Positions 28,024 to 36,570 of a DNA stretch of 64,000 bases are shown here, piece after piece. Under the pieces are notes generated by a model, which worked only from the letters and a program-made list of their open reading frames with translations, was not told the origin of the DNA and searched no databases. This DNA is from Pseudomonadota bacterium (lineage in GTDB: Bacteria; Pseudomonadota; Gammaproteobacteria; Pseudomonadales; Ketobacteraceae): assembly GCA_052035295.1 (NCBI GenBank), contig JBPOHS010000018.1, positions 1 to 64,000 on the forward strand, in the 5' to 3' direction. The position numbers were made by a program, and so were the translations under genes. The number at the start of each line of letters is the position of its first letter. Within the stretch, counting starts at the first letter, position 1.

Positions 28024-29795
28024 GCCTCCAGTCGCTCCTCGTGCAAGCCGAATTGCAATTCGGCAAGGCGGGCATACAACGCGCAACGTTGCAGCAAATC
28101 CTGATGGGTACCGATATCGATCAGGCGACCGTGTTCCATCACGGCGATATAATCCGCATCGATGACGGTGGAAAGCCGGTGGGCAATAACGAGCGAAGTG
28201 CGTCCCTTCATCAGTCGATCGAGGGCTTGTTGCACCATATGCTCGGATTCGGCGTCGAGCGCGCTGGTGGCTTCGTCGAGCAGCAGAATGGCCGGATCCT
28301 TCAGCAGGGCGCGCGCGATGGCGATACGTTGGCGTTGCCCGCCGGACAGTCGCAGCCCACCTTCACCGATGGCGGTATCGAGTTTTTCTGGCAGGCGTTC
28401 AATGAATTCCCAGGCATACGCGGCGCGTGCGGCAGCTTCGACCTCGGCATCGCTGGCGTCGGGTTTGCCATAGCGGATATTCTCGGCGAGAGTGCCAGTG
28501 AATAACGCCGGTTGTTGGGGGACGAGTCCCAATTGCGCGCGCCAGGCATGTGGATCCAGTGCACGGATATTGGTGCCGTCGATGGCGATTTCTCCTGCTG
28601 CCGGATCGTAGAAACGTAATATCAGGTCGAACAAGGTGCTTTTGCCGGCACCCGACGGACCGACGAGAGCGACCCGGCTGCCCGGCGTGACCTCGAGCGA
28701 GAGTCGGTCGATGGCCCAGGTATCCGGGCGGGCGGGATAGGCGAACTGTAACTGGTGAATCTGCAGGTGACCGTTGACGCGCGCGGGCAGGGCGCGAGGA
28801 TAGAGTGGCGCCGTAATCTCGTTTCTGGCCGAGAGCAATTCCATCAATCGATCCATCGCCCCGGCGGCGCGCTGCAGATCGCCCCAGGTTTCGCTGAGAA
28901 CGCCCAGCGACGTGCCAACAATGACCGCGTAAAACACAAAGGCCGCGAGTTCGCCCCCACTGATCTTGCCGGCCATGACATCGTGCCCGCCGACCCACAG
29001 CATGGCGCTGACAGCACTCATGACCAGCACGATCACCATCGCAATCATGCTCGCACGATGCCGGATGTGCCCAACGGCGTTCTCGAAGGCAAGATCCACC
29101 CGTTTGCCGAGCTGGTTTTCATCCTGTGCCTGGTGATTGTAGGCGTGCACCGTCTTGATATTACCCAGGGTTTCTCCGACGTAAGTGCCAACGTCTGCCA
29201 GGCGGTCCTGGTTGCGGCGGGACAAATTGCGCACACGGCGGCCAAACAGCAGCAGCGGCAGCACGACCAGCGGTACTGACGTTATCACGATCGAGGCCAG
29301 TTTCCAGTTGGTCACGAACAGCCAGATGAATCCGCCCACGGCCATGATGATATTGCGCAAGGCCATCGACACCGACGAACCAATAACGGTCTGCAAGAGT
29401 GTCGTGTCGGTCGTGATCCGTGACTGGATTTCACGGCTGCGGTTGGCATCAAAAAAAGCTGGGTGCAGATGTATCAGATGGGAAAATACCGCCTTGCGCA
29501 AATCGGCAACAACCCTTTCGCCCACCCACGACACCAGAAAATAACGCGTGAACGAACCGGCGGCGAGTAATACGATGAGCCCCATGAACAACAGGATCGA
29601 GCGATCAAGCTGTTCGGCCGAGCGGGTGGCGAGCCCCTGATCGATCAGGAGCTTGAGACCCTGGCCCAGACTGAGCATCACCGCCGCCGTAAACACCAGC
29701 GCCAACAGGGCACACGCAATCTGGAGACGATAGGGGGTCAGGTAGCGTAGGGCAGGGCGCAGGCTGTAAAAGCGGGAAACAGGCGGATTCGACAT
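28020..29795 (-). CDS. ABC transporter permease/ATPase fusion (MsbA-like exporter half-transporter)
   Basis: A six-TM N-terminal domain is followed by Walker A (GPSGAGKST), the signature LSGGQRQR and Walker B (ILLLDEATSALD). The protein is 591 aa. Confidence 0.85.
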   Translation of the reverse strand: MSNPPVSRFYSLRPALRYLTPYRLQIACALLALVFTAAVMLSLGQGLKLLIDQGLATRSAEQLDRSILLFMGLIVLLAAGSFTRYFLVSWVGERVVADLRKAVFSHLIHLHPAFFDANRSREIQSRITTDTTLLQTVIGSSVSMALRNIIMAVGGFIWLFVTNWKLASIVITSVPLVVLPLLLFGRRVRNLSRRNQDRLADVGTYVGETLGNIKTVHAYNHQAQDENQLGKRVDLAFENAVGHIRHRASMIAMVIVLVMSAVSAMLWVGGHDVMAGKISGGELAAFVFYAVIVGTSLGVLSETWGDLQRAAGAMDRLMELLSARNEITAPLYPRALPARVNGHLQIHQLQFAYPARPDTWAIDRLSLEVTPGSRVALVGPSGAGKSTLFDLILRFYDPAAGEIAIDGTNIRALDPHAWRAQLGLVPQQPALFTGTLAENIRYGKPDASDAEVEAAARAAYAWEFIERLPEKLDTAIGEGGLRLSGGQRQRIAIARALLKDPAILLLDEATSALDAESEHMVQQALDRLMKGRTSLVIAHRLSTVIDADYIAVMEHGRLIDIGTHQDLLQRCALYARLAELQFGLHEERLEA

Positions 29796-30099
29796 GATCG
29801 CTTCGCTGGTGGTGGTAGGAGTAAGCCGTGAGGCGAATCATCTTAGCAGTTGACCACCGGGGCGGGTATGGGCGCAGCGTTGCGCTCCGGGAACGCCCTG
29901 TGTCCATTCGGGCATCAGTCCGGGTGGGCATCAGTCATTGCGGATTTTTGTAAACGTACTGGCGACCCGGATATCAATATAGTACGATGGTGCCATAAAT
30001 GTGGTGGTTACCACTATGGTTGTTATTTTGGCTGTTACATTGTTTGGTACAAATGACGGCTTCACTTGGCCGCGTCACTGCTAGCAAGAGGGGGGCATC

Positions 30100-31533
30100 A
30101 TGGCCCAGTTTGTGGATTTCATCATTATCGGTTCGGGTGCCTCAGGCAGCGTCATGGCGCATTATCTGGCCAAGGCCGGGGCATCGTGCGTCGTGCTCGA
30201 AGCAGGCAAGCGTTTTTCCGCGTCGACGTTTCCGCGTAATGAGCTGCTGGCCAACTCGCAACTTTTCTGGAGTGGCGGCATGGATGCAACCACCAATGCG
30301 AGCATGTTGTTCCTGCGGGGCAAGGTGTTGGGGGGTGGCACCATCGTCAACCAGTGCCTGCTCGATCGTTTTGACGATGTGGTGTTTGATGACTGGCGCA
30401 ATGTGTCGGGCTGCGATTTCTTTCGTGAGTCGAGCATGGGTCGTCACTACGACGCGGTCGAAGCCGAGCTGAACCTGCAGAAAATCCCCCGCGAAGACTG
30501 GAACCGCAATGCCGAGATGTATGTCGAGGCGTTTGAGAAGCTGGGTTATGGCTGGGCACCGCTGCGGCGTGGTCAGAAAGACTGCCAGGTGAACAAGAAT
30601 GACTGTATCGCCTGCCTGGGTGGTTGCCGCCGTGATTCCAAACAAAGCATGCTGGTGTCGTTCATTCCGAAGGCCGAAAAAAGCGGCGCGAAATTTGTGA
30701 CTGGTTTTGACGTCGATGGCATTGTGCACGGCAAACACCATGTGGCCGTCCATGGACGTCATAACGGTGAGGCTCAGGTGATATACGGGCGCAAGTGCGT
30801 GGTCGCGGCCGGAACGCTGGGCACCAACCGGCTCATGCTGCATTCCGGTTTCAAATCGAAGTTGCCGGCCTTGGGCGAAAACTTTTTTGGCCATCCGCAA
30901 TGGATGAACCTCGCCATGTTCGATACGCCGGTGGACGCCCATAAAGGCGCGTTGCAAGCGGTGAAATCCGACGAGCCCCGTTTCCGTGAGCAAGGGTTCA
31001 AACTCGAAAACGTGTTTGCGGGCCCGATTGCCGTGACCATGCTGATCCCGGCCCATGGCAAGAAACTGCAGGATTACATGCAACGTTACCGCTACATGGC
31101 GAGCACCGAGGTGTGCATTCGCGATGTCAATCCCGGTACGATCCGCGTTGACGGTCATGGCAGACTGAAAATCACCAAGCCGATCAATACCGAAGACATG
31201 CAACGTGGTATGGCGGGCGTCAAGGTGGTGAAAGAAATGTACGCGGCGCTGGGTGCGAAGGAGTTCATCGCCTCCAACCTGAATTTCAGTCTGCACCAGA
31301 TGGGCGGTTGCGCGATCGGGCAGAGCCCGGCCACCGCCGTGGTGGACGAGCGTTATCAGGTCTTCGGCCTGGAAAACCTGACCATCGCCGATGGTTCGAT
31401 CTTCCCGCGTGCCCCCGGCATCAATCCGTCGCTTTCCATCATGGCGAACAGCCATCGTGCAGCAGAAGGCCTGTTGTCCGAATTTGGCGCGATCCCTGGT
31501 ACCACCCGCAAGTTGGAGGCTGCTCATGTCTGA
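30100..31533 (+). CDS. GMC-family FAD-dependent oxidoreductase
   Basis: The RBS is AAGAGGGGGG. The N-terminal FAD fold is DFIIIGSGASGSV. The C-terminal GMC blocks include ...ADGSIFP. Confidence 0.8.
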   Translation: MAQFVDFIIIGSGASGSVMAHYLAKAGASCVVLEAGKRFSASTFPRNELLANSQLFWSGGMDATTNASMLFLRGKVLGGGTIVNQCLLDRFDDVVFDDWRNVSGCDFFRESSMGRHYDAVEAELNLQKIPREDWNRNAEMYVEAFEKLGYGWAPLRRGQKDCQVNKNDCIACLGGCRRDSKQSMLVSFIPKAEKSGAKFVTGFDVDGIVHGKHHVAVHGRHNGEAQVIYGRKCVVAAGTLGTNRLMLHSGFKSKLPALGENFFGHPQWMNLAMFDTPVDAHKGALQAVKSDEPRFREQGFKLENVFAGPIAVTMLIPAHGKKLQDYMQRYRYMASTEVCIRDVNPGTIRVDGHGRLKITKPINTEDMQRGMAGVKVVKEMYAALGAKEFIASNLNFSLHQMGGCAIGQSPATAVVDERYQVFGLENLTIADGSIFPRAPGINPSLSIMANSHRAAEGLLSEFGAIPGTTRKLEAAHV

Positions 31534-31957
31534 AGTATGGTCAAAACATTTCAATAGCATCCAGTTGCGCAGCCTTGAACGGATTGGCGAGCTGTTTCTT
31601 CCTGCGCACGATCAATTGCCGGGGTTTGCCGAAAGTGGCTGCCTGGAGAATGTCGACATCGTTCTTGATGAAGTGCATCCCGATGACCGGATGGCGTTAG
31701 GCTTGTTCCTGTATGTGCTGAGGGTGACGCCGTTGTTTCTGGTCGGCAAATTCATCGGCATGATGGACACGCATCAGCATTATCCCGAGCCGATTGCCGG
31801 CGTTCTGCGCTTGCTCAATATTGCGCTCAAGGGCATCGTGATGAGCCTGTATTACTCTGGTTTGATGGGAGCGGGTTTGAGCGGTGCCTCGGGGCGGATC
31901 AGAAATCCGCTCGACGTACTCGATTTTGCCCCGCATTGTGAACCCGATGCCCACTGA
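31526..31957 (+). CDS. hypothetical small protein translationally coupled to the GMC oxidoreductase (possible accessory subunit)
   Basis: ATG 31526 is preceded by a GGAGG RBS and overlaps the GMC stop as ATGTCTGA. The protein is 143 aa. Its own stop overlaps the next gene's start by 11 nt. Confidence 0.5.
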   Translation: MSEVWSKHFNSIQLRSLERIGELFLPAHDQLPGFAESGCLENVDIVLDEVHPDDRMALGLFLYVLRVTPLFLVGKFIGMMDTHQHYPEPIAGVLRLLNIALKGIVMSLYYSGLMGAGLSGASGRIRNPLDVLDFAPHCEPDAH

Positions 31958-32957
31958 TTTTCGCCCCCTTTTCCGTTGGTCACCGGTACTGCGCGAGCGT
32001 CTGCCCTGGCAACCGCTTGCCGACCTGCCGACGCCGGTGTCGCCGTTGCCGATGGCGACCAACGCTTGGATAAAGCGCGACGATATCTCGCATCCTGAAT
32101 ATGGCGGCAACAAGATCCGCAAGCTGGAATTCATTCTGGCCGAGGCCCTGGCCAAAGGTGCCAAGCGCATCATAACGTTTGGAGCGACTGGCACCAATCA
32201 CGGCGTGGCAACCGCCATGATGTGCGCGCAAGCCGGTCTGGAATGCGAGATATTGTTGTTTGATCAGCCCGATTCAGCCACGGTGCGCGGCAACCAGAAA
32301 CTGATGCGCCACTACGGCGCCTCGTTGATATATTGCGGCAGTCTGGCCGCCACCGTCACGCGTTATTACTGCCACCCCGCGCGCATGCGTCGCGACGCTT
32401 ATTTCCTTTTCGCGGGGGGATCCAATGTGGCGGGTACCTTGGGGTTTGTGAATGCCGCCATGGAAGTCGTCGATCAGGTCGCGGCCAACCAGTTGCCCAT
32501 GCCTGAACAGATTGTGTGCCCGGTGGGGTCGAGCGCAACGCTCGCAGGCCTGACCCTGGGTTTCCAGTGGCTGAATCTTCCGGTGCAAGTCGTCGGAGTG
32601 CGCGTGGCGCCGTCTCATCTGGGGCCATTTGCGGCCTGTACGGTCGAAAGCGTAGCCCGGCTCATGGAAAAGACTCGCCATTCGACACAGAAAATGACAG
32701 ACAAGCGCTTGCCTGCGCCGATAACGCCGATATTGCTGGACCAGTATTACGGCAGTGGTTACGGCGAGGCCACGGTGGCGGGGAAGGCGGCGCAGCGCGC
32801 TTTCGATGTCGCCGGTTACAAGTTGGAACAGACTTATTCAGCCAAAGCAGCGGCCTGTTTTCTGGAACGGGCGGCCAGTACACCTGGCCCCGTGTTGTTC
32901 TGGAATACTTTCAACTCCCGATCGGTGGCGACGCTTACGCAATCCGTTGCGTCGTAA
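31947..32957 (+). CDS. PLP-dependent enzyme of the ACC deaminase / D-cysteine desulfhydrase family
   Basis: DDISHPEYGGNKIRKLEF is the lysine-containing PLP motif of this family. The protein is about 336 aa. ATG 31947 is preferred to the upstream GTG at 31884. Confidence 0.7.
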   Translation: MPTDFRPLFRWSPVLRERLPWQPLADLPTPVSPLPMATNAWIKRDDISHPEYGGNKIRKLEFILAEALAKGAKRIITFGATGTNHGVATAMMCAQAGLECEILLFDQPDSATVRGNQKLMRHYGASLIYCGSLAATVTRYYCHPARMRRDAYFLFAGGSNVAGTLGFVNAAMEVVDQVAANQLPMPEQIVCPVGSSATLAGLTLGFQWLNLPVQVVGVRVAPSHLGPFAACTVESVARLMEKTRHSTQKMTDKRLPAPITPILLDQYYGSGYGEATVAGKAAQRAFDVAGYKLEQTYSAKAAACFLERAASTPGPVLFWNTFNSRSVATLTQSVAS

Positions 32958-35823
32958 TCGGACTATTGCCCAGGTATTGTTCGAGCGTCTGGTAGAACAC
33001 TGGCCGTTCGATCGGTTTGCCAAGAATTGCGGTGAATCCCGCCTGCTCGTAGCTGGCGGTTTCGCCCTTGATAACGTTGGCAGTAAGGGCAATGATGGGC
33101 ACCGTGAAACCTTGTTTCCGCAGGGTTTGGGTGGCTTCGATACCTGACAGCACCGGCATCTTGATATCCATGAGAATGAGATCGAACGGCTGCTTCTGCA
33201 GCGCATCGACGGCTTCCTGACCGTTGTTGACGACCGTCAGCTGCACGCCGCAATCCCGCAGCATGAGTGCCACCAGACGTTGGCTGTCCTGGTTATCGTC
33301 GGCATAAAGAACACGGCCACTCAGTTTCGGTACCTGAATTTGCGTTGTCGCGGCAGATTCAGAGGCGCGATTGGCGTCATCGAGCGACGCAACCCATTCT
33401 CGCCGGTTGGGAACACCGCCCCCTACATACACCGTGAAACAGCTGCCTTTGCCCGGCTGGCTGGTGACTTCAATCGTGCCACCCATTTTTTCCGCCAGTT
33501 GTTTCGAAATGACCAAGCCCAACCCGGTGCCGCCGAATTGACGGGCGGTGGACGCTTCTGCCTGGGAATAGGATTGGAACAGCTTGCCCAGTTGTTCTTC
33601 GGTCAATCCCGTGCCGGTATCGATGACTGAAAACCGCGTCAGTTGACGGGCTTCGTCCCAGCCGACATCGACAGTAACGCCGCCGTCGCGGGTGAACTTG
33701 ATGGCGTTACTGCAAAGATTGAGCAGAATCTGCTTGAGACGCGTCGGGTCCGCCGTGATCTGGTTGGGCAATGGGAAATGGTATTCGATATTGAACGACA
33801 GATTCTGGTTCTTGGCTTTCTGCGCAAAATAGGAATACACATCCTTCATCAGCACATAGGGATTCACAGGCATTTTTTCGACGTCGACGATCGAGGCTTC
33901 CACCTTCGAGAAATCGAGGATGTCGTTGATGATGTTGAGAAGGTGATGACTGCTGCGAATGACAGTATCAATCGCTTGCTGTTCTTCGACATCGGTGAGC
34001 GTGTTGTCGTTGAGCGATTCGCTGTAACCGATGATGGCTGTCAGCGGCGTCCGGATTTCGTGGCTCATGTTGGCCAGAAAATCACCTTTGGCTGCCGCAG
34101 ACGCTGTAGCCAGTTCCTTTTCCAGTTTGTCGATTTCGCGATCCTGCTCGGCGCGTTCGCGCTCCTTGCGCTCGGTGATGTCGGTCAGCGAGCCTTCGAT
34201 ATGGCTGGGCAGACCGTCGGCACCGCGTATCATTTGCGCGAAATGGTCTACCCACATGGTTTTTCCATCCTTGCGGGTGTAGCTGACTTCCATTTGCAGC
34301 CGACCGCTCCAGGCCAATTGCTGAAACTGCGGCTCGCCGCCGGGGAAACAGAGATCCACGGCTTCATTACCGGCACGGCGGAGTGCTTCCACCGAGTCAT
34401 AGCCAAGCAGTTTTGCCATCGCCGGATTTGCGCTTACAAACTTGCCCGAAGTCGACATGCGGTACATGCCTTCAATGGCGTTGTTGAACGTGGAACGGAA
34501 GCGCGCCATGTTCTGTATGGCACGTTCGTTGGCTTCCAGTGCTTCGCGTTGCAGACGCTTGATACGATCGGCCAGTGAAAATGAAATCATGACCGCACCG
34601 GTGAGAAACCCGATCGGCGCGCCGGCGAGGTATATCGGCGCTGAGGGCAAAATTTTCAGCAATGCCAGCGCCTGGGTTGCGCCGCCGGCCACAGTGAGAA
34701 ACCAGCCAATTGAAAAATAGACCGCGTTTTCGTTTTTCCTGGACCAGCTGTAAAAACTGATGCCGAGTATCAAGACCAGGCCGAAAAAGGTGAATCCGCT
34801 CAGCCAGGTGCTGACCACATTTTTGTCTATCAGAAAACTGGTCAACAGATAGATCAGCACGAAAGACTGCAAAAAACGCAGGAAATGATCGATGCGACGG
34901 TGATAGCGCGGTGTATCGAGGAAGTTGCGCGTGAACATGATGATCATCCACCAGGTCGACCAGATCAACGGCGATGTGTAGGTGGTCTTGGCAAACGTGC
35001 GGGAGTCTTCGAACAGGGTGAGCCCGTGTCCCATTTCGATGAATTCAAAACTGGTGATCCCGAATAGATAAAGCACGAAATACAGGTAGCTGACATCGCG
35101 TACTGAAAAATACACGAACAGGTTGTAGAGCATGAGTATCAACATGCCGCCAAAGAACACGCCGTAAATCAGCTCTTGGTCCGCAACGTTTTCGATGAAC
35201 TTCTTCGGTGTCCACAAATTGACGGGAAGAATCAACGCGTTATCACTTTTGATACGCAGATAGTAGGTCTGCTTCTGATCGAGATAAGTCGTGATCGGGA
35301 ACACACTGTTGGAGTGGCGCACTTTCCGCGCGGAATAAGGTTTGCGCAGGTCCACTGATTCGCGGAGGTAGGTGCCGTCCTTGTTGGGGGAGTAGAGTTC
35401 GCAGGATTGAAGCTGGGAACGTGCGACCTCCAGGTACCAGCTCTTTTCCTGATCCTGGTTGTTGTTCCAGGAAGGATAATCGATGGTGATCGCCAGCCAG
35501 AATACCGAGTTGGTCAAGCCAAAGTTATGGGCGTCTGTTTTTCCTTCGTTCCAGGTGAACTGGTCCTGGATGTCGGGGCGCTGGATATCGTCAATGGTGA
35601 GCTTGCCGTCCTTGTCTTCCAGGGTCCTGACGACACCGTTGAGGGCATAGTGTTCGCCATTCCTGTAAAGCACCGCTTCGGGGCTACCGTCAAGATGCGG
35701 GACGAGGGTGTTTTCGCTGAACGCGTCGAACAAGGGCAACGACGCATGCACCCCTGCCGTGGAGAAAAGGGATGCCAGTGCCAGAAGCACAAGCAACAGA
35801 TAACGGCGGTGCTGATGGTGCAT
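32935..35823 (-). CDS. 7TMR-DISM hybrid sensor histidine kinase (7TMR-DISMED2 / 7TM / PAS / HisKA / HATPase / REC), with a canonical H-box
   Basis: A signal peptide is followed by an extracellular domain with NSVFPIT and YLRIK blocks. The 7TM region begins YGVFFGGMLILMLYNLF. The H-box is MSHEIRTPL, the N box is LLNLCSNAIKFT, the G boxes are DTGTGL and GGTGLGLVIS, and the REC is FDLILMDIKMP. The 3' end overlaps the convergent PLP-enzyme gene by 23 nt. Confidence 0.85.
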   Translation of the reverse strand: MHHQHRRYLLLVLLALASLFSTAGVHASLPLFDAFSENTLVPHLDGSPEAVLYRNGEHYALNGVVRTLEDKDGKLTIDDIQRPDIQDQFTWNEGKTDAHNFGLTNSVFWLAITIDYPSWNNNQDQEKSWYLEVARSQLQSCELYSPNKDGTYLRESVDLRKPYSARKVRHSNSVFPITTYLDQKQTYYLRIKSDNALILPVNLWTPKKFIENVADQELIYGVFFGGMLILMLYNLFVYFSVRDVSYLYFVLYLFGITSFEFIEMGHGLTLFEDSRTFAKTTYTSPLIWSTWWMIIMFTRNFLDTPRYHRRIDHFLRFLQSFVLIYLLTSFLIDKNVVSTWLSGFTFFGLVLILGISFYSWSRKNENAVYFSIGWFLTVAGGATQALALLKILPSAPIYLAGAPIGFLTGAVMISFSLADRIKRLQREALEANERAIQNMARFRSTFNNAIEGMYRMSTSGKFVSANPAMAKLLGYDSVEALRRAGNEAVDLCFPGGEPQFQQLAWSGRLQMEVSYTRKDGKTMWVDHFAQMIRGADGLPSHIEGSLTDITERKERERAEQDREIDKLEKELATASAAAKGDFLANMSHEIRTPLTAIIGYSESLNDNTLTDVEEQQAIDTVIRSSHHLLNIINDILDFSKVEASIVDVEKMPVNPYVLMKDVYSYFAQKAKNQNLSFNIEYHFPLPNQITADPTRLKQILLNLCSNAIKFTRDGGVTVDVGWDEARQLTRFSVIDTGTGLTEEQLGKLFQSYSQAEASTARQFGGTGLGLVISKQLAEKMGGTIEVTSQPGKGSCFTVYVGGGVPNRREWVASLDDANRASESAATTQIQVPKLSGRVLYADDNQDSQRLVALMLRDCGVQLTVVNNGQEAVDALQKQPFDLILMDIKMPVLSGIEATQTLRKQGFTVPIIALTANVIKGETASYEQAGFTAILGKPIERPVFYQTLEQYLGNSPITTQRIA

Positions 35824-35890
35824 GATGATCTGAACCCTGAAGGGGGTGCCCGCCAGCGGGCACAAGCTTCCTTTTTAAATCGCTACCGGT

Positions 35891-36523
35891 TTACTTGTTG
35901 TCGGCTTTGGATTTCGTGTCTCCACGGGTAAATGCGTCGATCGGGAAAGGATCTTCTTCACTACCCGCCTCGTCGGCGGCAAGGCTACCCGGTACGGGTT
36001 CCGTCTCTTCAGGCGCCTTGATGATCTTGATGGCGGTGATGAAAAGGGTGATCGATGCCACCAGCATCAGAGGTTGAATGTAGGCCACGATGCCCGGCAC
36101 GGTTTCGGTACCGCTGAGCTTGATCGTCAGGATAACGGAGGGGGTGAGCACCAGGAAAAGGGTGATCGAAACGATGAACAGGATGCGTTCCTTGTAAACG
36201 CCGAAGTCCCTGTGGCTGATCAAGCCCTGAACAAACTTGCTGATGCTGAGGCCGGCGAAAATGGTCGCAGCCACCGAAATTTCGTTACCCAATAGCAGCT
36301 TGTCGATCTGTCCTTCCCAGAGACGTTGTACCAGGATCCCGAGAAAGGGCAGCAGCACGAACAGGATGTCGGCATAGGTGCCTTGCCGCAACCGCTTGAA
36401 TTCGCGCTCTTCCAGGGCGACAAGTTGCGCCGTCCTCGCGTCGACGGCTGTTTGTTCCTTTTCGTCTTCCATCTTTGTTTCCTGATCCAACCGATTAATT
36501 TCAGGCATAACGATCTTGAGCAT
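35891..36523 (-). CDS. hypothetical small integral membrane protein (3-4 TM helices) embedded in the DISM kinase array
   Basis: This is the 210-aa ORF. The start may instead be the internal MEDEK at 36472. It is hydrophobic with a charged C-terminal tail. Confidence 0.45.
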   Translation of the reverse strand: MLKIVMPEINRLDQETKMEDEKEQTAVDARTAQLVALEEREFKRLRQGTYADILFVLLPFLGILVQRLWEGQIDKLLLGNEISVAATIFAGLSISKFVQGLISHRDFGVYKERILFIVSITLFLVLTPSVILTIKLSGTETVPGIVAYIQPLMLVASITLFITAIKIIKAPEETEPVPGSLAADEAGSEEDPFPIDAFTRGDTKSKADNK

Positions 36524-36570
36524 ATAAATTCAGCGTAGATGATTTTTCCATAAATGCCTGCTTGTCCAAA

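Noticed and set aside
30142-31560. 472-aa minus-strand ORF antisense to the GMC oxidoreductase
   Set aside because: It is an antisense artefact. The plus-strand gene carries the FAD-binding GSGASG fold motif and an RBS.
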